A stretch of 64,000 nucleotides of DNA from Anaeramoeba ignava BMAN (lineage: Eukaryota > Protista > Anaeramoebae), in the NCBI GenBank assembly GCA_028826165.1, contig JAPDFW010000073.1, positions 124,001-188,000 of the forward strand, written 5' to 3'. Each line of letters starts with the position of its first letter. Within the stretch, counting starts at the first letter, position 1. The translations under genes and the position numbers were made by a program. The notes beneath the pieces were generated by a model. It had not been told where the DNA came from and did not search any database. It worked only from the letters and a program-made list of their open reading frames with translations. Positions 49,460-59,741 of this stretch are shown in pieces.

Positions 49460-51211
49460 ATGAATGAAATTATATTTTTTGGTCAAAACGAAAAACCAAA
49501 ATTTATTCAAAATGAAACCAATTCAATAACAAATCCAATTCAATTTAAATTTGAAAATGAAAATGAAAAACAAATTAAACAAATTTCAACAAGTTTCTTT
49601 GCAACAATTTTCCTTTTTGAAAATGGAAAAGCAATAGAATATTTAAATGAAGAAAATCTAAGAAAAAATCCTGAAAAAATCCAATTTGAAAATATTCAAA
49701 AAGTAACTGTTGGCTATCAAAATGAAGCTATTTTAACAATAGAAGGAAATGTATTTGCCAAAGGATATTATGTTAATCCAAATAATCCAAATGAATTTAA
49801 CAATATTTCATCATTAATTAAAAATACAAATGATAGAATAATTCAAGATATTGTTTCTGGTTCTAATTCAATTTACTTATTAACTTCAAATCAAAATGCT
49901 TATCAAATTGGTTCAAATAAATCTGGTCAATTTGGTTTAGGTTTTGAATCAGTTCGAAAAGCAGAAAAACCAATTTTAATGATGAAAAATGTTTCTAAAA
50001 TATTTTCAGGAAATTCTTCAGAATCTACTTTTCTTTTAAATTCAAATCAAGAATTATTTGGATGCGGATATAATGGAGATGATCAACTTGGATTAGGGAA
50101 ACTGAAAAAAAAATCAAAAGAGGTGTATATAAGAAAATTAACCAAAATCCAAAATATTCCAAAAGGTAAAATAATTGATATTCAATGTGGATTTTATCAT
50201 TCAATAATGTTGATTGAAAATCCAAAAAGAAAACTTTATTCATGTGGAAATTATCAATATAATGGACTTGGAAAATATCAAGATACAAATGAATTTACTG
50301 AAATCAAATCATCTTTATTTGAAAATGATGATAATATTCTTGATTTTTCTGTTGGAAATTCTCATACTTTAATTTTAACTTCCAATTCAAAATTAATTGG
50401 ATTTGGATATAATTATTATGGTGAATTAGGAAATCAGAATCTAAATTTACAATTAATTCCAATTCAAATTGAACTTCCTAAATTAAGATTTAATGAAGAT
50501 ATTTCTAATTATCATATTTCTTGTGGAGATTACAAATCATTTCTTTATTATTCTCCTCCTCCTTTTTCCAATCTTGAAGAAGATTTGATAAAATTATTTA
50601 GAAGAAAAGAATTTTGTGATATTTCATTTAAAACCGAAAATGGAGAAATAATTGAAGCTCATAAATTAATATTGAAATATGGATTAAATCAAAATGAAAA
50701 TGAAATTGAAAAACTTCAAGAAATTATTTCAAAAAAATCAATTAAAGAAACAAATCAAATATTTGAAATGATTTATTCAAACAGAATAATAAATCCAAAA
50801 TTATATTCAGAAATTAAAGAAATTATAAATTTAAATGAAAAAATAGAAGAAACAATGAAAAGAATTTATTTAAATGAAAATGAAAAAGATTTTATAATTG
50901 AAAGAAAAGAAAAACAATATAAATTTCCTAAATTAATATTAATAATGAGAAGTGAATTATATCGAGGAATGTTTTTATCTGTAACAGAAGATACTTCAAA
51001 TAAAGTTACAGATTATAGTGAATTAAGTAATAAATCATTTCAATTATTTGAATATTGGATTTATTCAAATCAAATTAAAGATGAAATTGAAATTACACAA
51101 GAAATAATTGATGAAATTCAAATTGGAATTGATTATTTTCAATTAAATCAAACAAATCCAAATTTATTTGATTTATTAATTAACAAATTTAATAATCAAA
51201 ATCAAAATTAA
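49460..51211 (+). CDS. RCC1-BTB paralogue (intact)
   Basis: Full-length and collinear with 8164-9912. Confidence 0.9.
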   Translation: MNEIIFFGQNEKPKFIQNETNSITNPIQFKFENENEKQIKQISTSFFATIFLFENGKAIEYLNEENLRKNPEKIQFENIQKVTVGYQNEAILTIEGNVFAKGYYVNPNNPNEFNNISSLIKNTNDRIIQDIVSGSNSIYLLTSNQNAYQIGSNKSGQFGLGFESVRKAEKPILMMKNVSKIFSGNSSESTFLLNSNQELFGCGYNGDDQLGLGKLKKKSKEVYIRKLTKIQNIPKGKIIDIQCGFYHSIMLIENPKRKLYSCGNYQYNGLGKYQDTNEFTEIKSSLFENDDNILDFSVGNSHTLILTSNSKLIGFGYNYYGELGNQNLNLQLIPIQIELPKLRFNEDISNYHISCGDYKSFLYYSPPPFSNLEEDLIKLFRRKEFCDISFKTENGEIIEAHKLILKYGLNQNENEIEKLQEIISKKSIKETNQIFEMIYSNRIINPKLYSEIKEIINLNEKIEETMKRIYLNENEKDFIIERKEKQYKFPKLILIMRSELYRGMFLSVTEDTSNKVTDYSELSNKSFQLFEYWIYSNQIKDEIEITQEIIDEIQIGIDYFQLNQTNPNLFDLLINKFNNQNQN

Positions 51212-51425
51212 AATCAAAATTAAAATTAAAATCAAAATTAAAATTAAAATTAAAATTAAAATTAAAATTAAAATTAAAATTAAAATTAAAATCAAAATTA
51301 AAATTAAAATTAAAATTAAAATTAAAATTAAAATTAAAATTAAAATTAAAATTAAAATTAAAATTAAAATTAAAATTTAAAATTAAAATTAAAATCAAAA
51401 TCAAAATCAAAATTAAAATTAAAAT
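51200..51425. repeat. (aaaatt/aaaatc)n hexamer spacer between tandem RCC1-BTB genes
   Basis: Tandem hexamers; similar tracts follow other copies (53255-53350, 61495-61965). Confidence 0.9.
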
Positions 51426-51460
51426 TCATTTTCATTTTTTTCATTTTTTTCTTTTCAAAA

Positions 51461-53258
51461 ATGAATGAAATTTTATTTTTTGGTTTAAATAAAAATCCAA
51501 TTCTTTTCAAAAATAAACCAAATATAATAACAAAACCAATTCAATTTAAATTTGAAAATGAAAATGAAAATGAAAATGAAAATGAAAATGAAAATGAAAA
51601 TGAAAATGAAAATGAAAAACAAATTAAACAAATTTCATCAGGTTTTTACTCAACAATTTTCCTTTTTAAAAATGGAAAAGCAATAGAATATTTAAGTCAA
51701 AATGATTCAAATCAAAAACCTGAAAAAATCCAAATTGAAGAAAATATTCAAAAAGTAACTGCTGGTTATCTAAATGAAGCTATTTTAACAATAGAAGGAA
51801 ATGTATTTGCCAAAGGAAAAGATATTAATCCAAAACATCCAAATAAATTTATCAATATTTCATCATTAATTAAAGATAAAAATGATAGAATAATTGAAGA
51901 TATTGTTTCTGGATCTAGTTCAATTTACTTATTAACTTCAAATCAAAATGCTTATGGAATTGGTGATAATTATGATTGGCCAACTTGGATTAAATTCTAA
52001 AACACTTGAAAAAACAGAAAAACCAATTTTAATGATGAAAAATGTTTCTAAAATATTTACAGGAAATTCTTCAGAATCTACTTTTCTTTTAAATTCAAAT
52101 CAAGAATTATTTTGTTGCGGAAATAATAATTCAGGTCAACTTGGATTAGGAGAATCAACAGAAGAAACAAAAATCCAAAAATTAACCAAAATCCAAAATA
52201 TTCCAAAAGGTAAAATAATTGATATTCAATCTGGAAGTATTTATTCAATAATGTTGATTGAAAATGAAAATGAAAATCCAAAAAGAAAACTTTATTCATG
52301 TGGATATTATCTATTTAATGGACTTGGAAAAAATAGAAATCGAAATACTTATGAATTTACTGAAATCAAATCATCTTTATTTGAAAATGATGATAATATT
52401 CTTGAAATTTCTGTTGGAATTGTTCATACTTTGATTTTAACTTCTAATTCAAAATTGATTGGATTTGGAGATGATAGATTTTCTGAATTAGGAACTGTAA
52501 ATACAAACGATCAATCAATTCCTATTCAAATTGAACTTCCTAAATTAAGATTTAATGAAAATATTTCCAATTATCATATTTCTTGTGGATTTGAAAAATC
52601 ATTTCTTTATTATTCACCTTTTTCCAATCTTGAAGAAGATTTGATAAAATTATTTCAAAGAAAAGAATTTTGTGATATTTCATTTAAAACCGAAAATGGA
52701 GAAATAATCGAAGCTCATAAATTAATATTGAAATATAGATTAAATCAAAATGAAAATGAAATTGAAAAACTTCAAGAAATTATTTCAAAAAAATCAATTA
52801 AAGAATCAAATCAAATATTTGAAATGATTTATTCAAACAATTCCAAAATAAATCCAAAATTATATTCTGAAATTAAAGAAATTATAAATTTAAATGAAAA
52901 AATTGAAGAAACAATGAAAAGAATTTATTTAAATGAAAATGAAAAAGATTTTATTATTGAAAGAAAAGAAAAACAATATAAATTTCCAAAATTAATATTA
53001 ATAATGAGAAGTGAATTATATCGAGGAATGTTTTTATCTGTAACTGAAGATACTTCAAATAAAGTTACAGATTATAGTGAATTAAGTAATAAATCATTTC
53101 AAATATTTGAATATTGGATTTATTCAAATCAAATTAAAGATGAAATTCAAATTACACAAGAAATCCTTAATGAAATTCAAATTGGAATTGATTATTTTCA
53201 ATTAAATCAAACAAATCCAAATTTATTTGATTTATTAATTAATAAATTTAATAATTAA
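51461..53258 (+). CDS. RCC1-BTB paralogue (frameshift ~51977)
   Basis: GDNYD then +1 shift to GQLGL; otherwise collinear with siblings. Confidence 0.85.
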
Positions 53259-54992
53259 AATCAAAATTAAAATTAAAAATTAAAATTAAAATTAAAATTA
53301 AAATTAAAATTAAAATCAAAATTAAAATTAAAATTAAAATTAAAATTAAAATTCATTTTCATTTTTTTTCATTTTTTTCTTTTCAAAAATGAATGAAATT
53401 ATATTTTTTGGTGCAAATGAATTACCAAAACTTATAAAAAATGAACCAAATCAAATAACAAAAATAATTCAATTTAAATTTGAAAATGAAAATGAAAATG
53501 AAAATGAAAATGAAAATGAAAATGAAAATGAAAATGAAAATGAAAATGATTCAACAATTCTCCTTTTTAAAAATGGAAAAGCAATAGAATATTTAAGTGA
53601 AAATGATTCAAATCAAAATCCTGTTAAAATTCAAATTGAAGAAGATATTCAAAAAGTAACTTTTGGTTGTCGAGATGAAGCTATTTTAACAATAGAAGGA
53701 AATGTATTTGCCAAAGGGATAAATATTAATCCAAAACATCCAAATAAATTTATCAATATTTCATCATTAATTGAAGATAAAAATGATAGAGTAATTGAAG
53801 ATATTGTTTCTGGAGCTCATTCAATTTACTTATTAACTTCAAATCAAAATGCTTATGGAATTGGTTTAAATTATTATGATAAACTTGGTTTTGGTTATGA
53901 AACACTTCATAAAACAGAAAAACCAATTTTAATGATGAAAAATGTTTCTAAAATATTTTCAGGAGATGCTTCAAGATCTGTTTTTCTTTTGAATTCAAAT
54001 CAAGAATTATTTGGATGTGGATTTAATCAATATGGTCAACTTGGATTAGGAAAATCAAGAAGAAAAGAATTCGAAATCAATAAATTAACCAAAATCCAAA
54101 ATATTCCAAAAGGCAAAATAATTGATATTCAATGTGGAAGTTGGAATTCAATAATGTTGATTGAAAATGAAAATGAAAATCCAAAAAGAAAACTTTATTC
54201 AACTGGTCATTATCTATTTAATGGACTTGGAAAAGATGAAGATATTTATGAATTTACTGAAATCAAATCATCTTTATTTGAAAATGATGATGATATTGTT
54301 GATTTTTCTGTTGGAGATTATCATACTTTGATTTTAACTTCAAAATCAAAATTAATTGGATTTGGAAAAAATGAATATGGTCAATTAGGAACTATAGATA
54401 AAAAAGATCAATTTATTCCAATTCAAATTGAATTTCCTAAATTAAGATTTAATGAAGATATTTCCAATTATCGTGTTTCTTGTGAAGAATGCAAATCATT
54501 TCTTTATTATTCTCCTCCTTCTTTTTCCAATCTTGAAGAAGATTTGATAAACTTATTTGAAAGAAAAGAATTTTGTGACATTTCATTTAAAACAGAAAAT
54601 GAAGAAATAATCAAAGCTCATAAATTAATATTGAAATATAGATTAAATCAAAATCAAAATCAAAATCAAATTGAAAAACTTAAAGAAATTATTTCAAAAA
54701 AAACAATTAAAGAATCAAATCAAATATTTGAAATGATTTATTCAAACAATTCCAAAATAAATCCAAAATTATATTCTGAAATTAAAGAAATTATAAATTA
54801 CAATGGTCATTTTTCAGGTTCATTTGCCAGAAAGTTTTTTTTAAAATTTGTATATAGAAAAAATTTTTTTCTTTAATTTTTTTTTTATTGTTTTTTTCTT
54901 TAATTTTTTTTTTATTGTTTTTTTCTTTAATTTTTTTTTTTATTGTTTTTTTCTTTAATTTTTTTTTTATTGTTTTTTTGAAATGAAAAAAA

Positions 54993-57446
54993 TTAAACAA
55001 AAAAAGATTTGATGTTTTTTCCTGTTGAATTTTTTTTTAATAATGAATTCAAGCGATATAAACTGATGGTTTTTTTCTTTGATTGAGAAGCTTTTATGTA
55101 AGAAATTAACAAAAAATATCGTAGTTTGATTACTAAATCTTGGCGAATAATCTGTTCCACTTTCTCTAATTCTACTCCCATTTCAGTTACCATCCAAATA
55201 AAAAAAATGACAAATGGGCCGCATTGAGTGGCACCTATTTGGCGAGGTTGCTTTAAAATAATGGAGAATGTTAATTTAATATTTAGAATTTCTTCACAAA
55301 AATTGCGAATGCGAATTCCAAGCGGATCAGCAATTTGGGCTTTATGACCAAAGCTATTGAAGAAACTGAGAGAGAGTTTTTCAAAATCAAGCACATAGCA
55401 TAAATAGTGATTGGGAGTCCAAAATGGAAGGAAAATTCTTCCTTTTTGTTCTTTTGCTTTTTGGAAAAGAAACAAGATATTTTCTAAATCTCTTTTTTTA
55501 GAAAGCTGCTTTGTAAAATGAGTTAACTCCTTGAGCATTTCATATCTTTCTTTGTCTAAAATAATGTCAAATCCTAATCCGCACATGGATAGGAAATTAA
55601 ATAAGTTTTCATCAAGAAAATTTTTTTTCACAAATTCATTATACGATTGAAATTGAAACAAGATGGTTTGCCGATAACGATTTCTATAACATTCTAAAAA
55701 CCAATTTTTGAAATTTTGATCAATTTGGATCAATTTTTCTTGAATTTCATTTTGATTTTTTCCCAAGCTTCTATAGAAGTTAATTGACGGAAGAAGTAGC
55801 GATCTCAAAAAGTCAATTTCTATAGAACTATAAGATGGACATATTAATTCTAGTAAGTTCTTCATATCAGACATATCGACCCATCCATTAATATCTGTCC
55901 TGTCTTCCCAATCTTCTTCAATTCCTCCGTGAAAAAAACGAAGTTGATTTTGCAGAATTCTCTCTTCCAATACCCTATTTAGGGTATTTTGAATCTCTTG
56001 GCATTCTTGATAGTTTGGATCATTTGGGGCAGTTTCCTTTTGATCATTGATCTCTTCTCCATCTTCAATTTCTTCTTCAATTTCTTGTTCAATCAAATTC
56101 ATTTTTCCTGCTTTTTTCCTTACTCCTGTTTTTTTTTTTGCCTTTTGAGATTTTGATTCCAGTTGAGGATTTTTTCTTTTTTTTTTTTGTTGTTTTTTCG
56201 GTTTCTTTTTTTGCGTTTTTTGCGATAGAGATTTTGCTTTCTCCTTCTCTTGAGATTCTTTTTCCTTTTCTTCTTTTTCTCTCTCTTTTCTTTCCCTTTC
56301 AGCTTTCTTGATTGAATTTCTTTGATGATTTTGTTCTCGCTTCCGATCGACTCTTTCTTGTTCTTTTTTCGTTCTGTTTTGTTTTCGCAATGGATGATCT
56401 GAATATTCTAAATTATAAAGAAATGCACATACTTCCATCACATATCCATGGAAGATCACATCAATTTTAAGAGGAGATTTTGAAATTTTAAAATTTTTTA
56501 GAATTGAAAACACATTTTCGATCACTGATCTATGATGTTGTATTATTTGGTTTTCTTCTTTTTCTTTTTGCGTCAATCCCGTTTGCGTTTCCTTATGAGG
56601 AGTGATTGCGTAATCTCTATGGAACGCTTTATCTCCCAAAACCTTTTTATTCTTGAGAATTGGGATTAGTTTTGAGAACCATACACAATTCGAATCATGA
56701 ATTGATCCTGGAAATCCAGTCTGAAAAAAAATAATTTTGCCTACTGGATCACAAACAACTACAGATTTTATTGTCGAACCTCCTCTTTTAAAAGACCAAT
56801 ATAACTTTTCTTTTTTTCCATGCCTTACTCTTGGATGGTCAGTGCAATCCAGAACGCCTGCACAGTCCAAAATCTTGTCCGTTTCCCATATCTCATTATT
56901 TCTCTTCATCTCATCTTCGTTTGGCCATCTGATTTGGTCTTCAAGTACCGTTCGCAAGATTTCAATCATAAAATGAAGATATCTTGAAACTGTTGTTTTG
57001 GAAATCTTAAAAAAAGCGGCCAAAGCACCAAAAGAAAGGGCATGCTTCAACCAGATTAATGTCATTAATAGAATATGAGGAATGGACAATTTCTTTGTCT
57101 GTTTATTTGGGCTTTTTTTCTCTGATCTTGTTTTTTCATTTTCTTGTTCCACTTTTTTTAAAACCTCCGTAAATGATCCTCTAGATAACCCTGTCAGGTC
57201 TTTTAGTTGTGAATCATCATTTAACAATGAATCCAAAAATGAGATATTATTCTTCTCGTCAACTTCATTTTGTTTTAGTTGTTCTTTCAGAGAAAATTCT
57301 GAGAGTCGCGTAAGTATCCTTTGAATCAGATGATTCCATGTTTCCTTCTCAATTAACATTTTTTCCAATTTTTTGAAAGTCTCTCCATGTACTTTTATTA
57401 GACAATCCTTTTCAATTCTTTTTTGATATGTTTTTTTGTTTGACAT
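54993..57446 (-). CDS. DDE_Tnp_4-type transposase fused to a C-terminal Ulp1/CE-clan (C48-like) cysteine protease
   Basis: HTH region (LTGLSRGSF; LLMTLIWLK...LAAFFKISKTTVSR), D200 (VLDCT), GSIHD, D272 (LGDKAF), E310 (RSVIENVF); basic/acidic linker; protease IFLPFWTPNH680YLCYVLD...FFN697S...RQ736IGATQC742GPFV. Confidence 0.9.
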   Translation of the reverse strand: MSNKKTYQKRIEKDCLIKVHGETFKKLEKMLIEKETWNHLIQRILTRLSEFSLKEQLKQNEVDEKNNISFLDSLLNDDSQLKDLTGLSRGSFTEVLKKVEQENEKTRSEKKSPNKQTKKLSIPHILLMTLIWLKHALSFGALAAFFKISKTTVSRYLHFMIEILRTVLEDQIRWPNEDEMKRNNEIWETDKILDCAGVLDCTDHPRVRHGKKEKLYWSFKRGGSTIKSVVVCDPVGKIIFFQTGFPGSIHDSNCVWFSKLIPILKNKKVLGDKAFHRDYAITPHKETQTGLTQKEKEENQIIQHHRSVIENVFSILKNFKISKSPLKIDVIFHGYVMEVCAFLYNLEYSDHPLRKQNRTKKEQERVDRKREQNHQRNSIKKAERERKEREKEEKEKESQEKEKAKSLSQKTQKKKPKKQQKKKRKNPQLESKSQKAKKKTGVRKKAGKMNLIEQEIEEEIEDGEEINDQKETAPNDPNYQECQEIQNTLNRVLEERILQNQLRFFHGGIEEDWEDRTDINGWVDMSDMKNLLELICPSYSSIEIDFLRSLLLPSINFYRSLGKNQNEIQEKLIQIDQNFKNWFLECYRNRYRQTILFQFQSYNEFVKKNFLDENLFNFLSMCGLGFDIILDKERYEMLKELTHFTKQLSKKRDLENILFLFQKAKEQKGRIFLPFWTPNHYLCYVLDFEKLSLSFFNSFGHKAQIADPLGIRIRNFCEEILNIKLTFSIILKQPRQIGATQCGPFVIFFIWMVTEMGVELEKVEQIIRQDLVIKLRYFLLISYIKASQSKKKTISLYRLNSLLKKNSTGKNIKSFFV

Positions 57447-57567
57447 TTGGTAATAGAAAGAAATTAAAATAGAAAAATTAAAATAGAAAAATTAAAATAG
57501 AAAAATTAAAATAGAAAAATGAAAATCCCAAAATCTAAAAACAAGTTTTTATTTAGACAGGTTTTTA

Positions 57568-59033
57568 CAGTATCCCCCTCTAAATTGGAAAAATCCCAAA
57601 AATAAATCAAAATCAAAATAAATTAAAATCAAAATCAAAATCAAAATCAAAATAAATCAAAATCAAAATCAAAATCAAAATGAATCAAAATCAAAATAAA
57701 TTAAAATCAAAATAAATTAAAATCAAAATCAAAATAAATCAAAATCAATTAAAATCAAAATTAATTAAAATCAAAATTAAAATCAAAATCAAAATCAAAA
57801 TCAAAATCAAAATTAAAATCAAAATAAATTAAAATCAAAATAAATTAAAATCAAAATAAATTAAAATCAAAATAAATCAAAATCAAAATAAATCAAAATC
57901 AAAATCAAAATCAAAATAAATTAAAATTAAAATCAAAATTAAAATCAAAATCAAAATTAAAATTAAAATCAAAATAAATTAAAATCAAAATCAAAATAAA
58001 TTAAAATCAAAATAAATTAAAATCAAAATCAAAATAAATTAAAATCAAAATCAAAATAAATTAAAATCAAAATCAAAATAAATTAAAATTAAAATCAAAA
58101 TCAAAATCAAAATTAAAATCAAAATCAAAATTAAAATCAAAATTAAAATTAAAATCAAAATTAAAATCAAAATCAAAATAAATTAAAATCAAAATAAATT
58201 AAAATCAAAATTAAAATAAATCAAAATAAATTAAAATCAAAATAAATTAAAATCAAAATAAATCAAAATCAAAATAAATTAAAATCAAAATCAAAATAAA
58301 TTAAAATCAAAATTAATTAAAATCAAAATTAAAATTAAAATCAAAATCAAAATCAAAATCAAAATTAAAATCAAAATAAATCAAAATCAAAATAAATCAA
58401 AATTAAAATCAAAATAAATTAAAATCAAAATAAATCAAAATCAAAATAAATTAAAATCAAAATTAAAATCAAAATCAAAATTAAAATCAAAATTAAAATC
58501 AAAATCAAAATAAATCAAAATCAAAATCAAAATCAAAATTAAAATAAATCAAAATAAATTAAAATCAAAATCAAAATCAAAATTAAAATCAAAATCAAAA
58601 TAAATTAAAATCAAAATCAAAATAAATTAAAATTAAAATCAAAATTAAAATCAAAATTAAAATCAAAATCAAAATTAAAATCAAAATCAAAATTAAAATC
58701 AAAATTAAAATCAAAATCAAAATAAATCAAAATCAAAATTAAAATCAAAATAAATTAAAATCAAAATAAATCAAAATCAAAATAAATTAAAATCTAAATT
58801 AAAATCAAAATAAATTAAAATCAAAATAAATTAAAATCAAAATAAATTAAAATCAAAATAAATCAAAATCAAAATCAAAATCAAAATCAAAATAAATCAA
58901 AATCAAAATCAAAATCTAAATCTAAATCAAAATCAAAATCAAAATAAATTAAAATCAAAATCAAAATCAAAACCAATCCAAAATTTTTCCAATTTAAAAA
59001 AATTCAATTTTCAATTCATTTCTGGGAGTACTG
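57568..59033. mobile_element. Nested non-autonomous TA-flanked element (Tc1/mariner/pogo-like ends) filled with an aaaatc/aaaatt satellite
   Basis: TA|CAGTATCCCC...GGGAGTACTG|TA (TA at 57566-67 and 59034-35). A second inverted block TAAATTGGAAAAAT (57581-57594) / ATTTTTCCAATTTA (58983-58996) is a perfect 14-bp match. Confidence 0.6.
57600..58972. repeat. ~1.4-kb satellite of aaaatc/aaaatt/aaataaatt units
   Basis: Direct inspection. Confidence 0.95.
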
Positions 59034-59741
59034 TATGTTTCTTTTTTATTTTTCTTTTTTATTTTTCTTTTTTATTTTTCTTTTTTATTTTTCTTTTTTA
59101 TTTTTCTTTTTTATTTTTCTTTTTTATTTTTCTTTTTTATTTTTCTTTTTTATTTTTCTTTTTTATTTTTTGCCAGTTCAGTTAGTTGCAAAAAGTGTAT
59201 ACACTTTTTCAATTTTCAATTTGAATTTCGGAAATAAAAATTGATCTGAATTCTTCATTTATAGATTTAATTGTTACTAATTGAAGCTGAAAAATGCCCA
59301 ATGAAAAAATAGAAGAAACAATGAAAAGAATTTATTTAAATGAAAATGAAAATGAAAAAGATTTTATAATTGAAAGAAAAGAAAAACAATATAAATTTCC
59401 TAAATTAATATTAATAATGAGAAGTGAATTATATCGAGGAATGTTTTTATCTGTAACAAATGATACTTCAAATAAAGTTACAGATTATAGTGAATTAAGT
59501 AATAAATCATTTCAATTATTTGAATATTGGATTTATTCAAATCAAATTAAAGATGAAATTGAAATTACAAAAGAAATAATTAATGAATTTGAAATTGGAA
59601 TTGATTATTTTCAATTAAATGAAGCATATCCAAATTTATTTGATTTATTAATTATCAAATTTAATAATCAAAATTAAAATCAAAATTAAAATTAAAATTA
59701 AAATTCATTTTTTCATTTTTTTCATTTTTTTCTTTTCAAAA

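Larger units (their letters stand above)
54805..59299 (-). mobile_element. PIF/Harbinger-type (PHIS/IS5-like) DNA transposon, 4,495 bp, AAT target-site duplication
   Basis: TSD AAT at 54802-54804 and 59300-59302. TIRs GGTCATTTTTCAGGTTCATTT vs reverse complement of the right end GGGCATTTTTCAGCTTCAATT (18/21). Encodes a DDE transposase. Confidence 0.93.
53389..59677 (+). pseudogene. RCC1-BTB paralogue interrupted by a DNA transposon
   Basis: Removing 54805-59302 gives ...ATA AAT TAC AAT GAA AAA ATA GAA GAA (INYNEKIEE), collinear with siblings (INSNEKIEE/INLNEKIEE). Confidence 0.92.

Noticed and set aside
54802-59302. ISL2EU-style 2-bp AT target-site duplication
   Set aside because: The TIRs align only with ends at 54805 and 59299, which gives a 3-bp AAT duplication; no YqaJ ORF is present.
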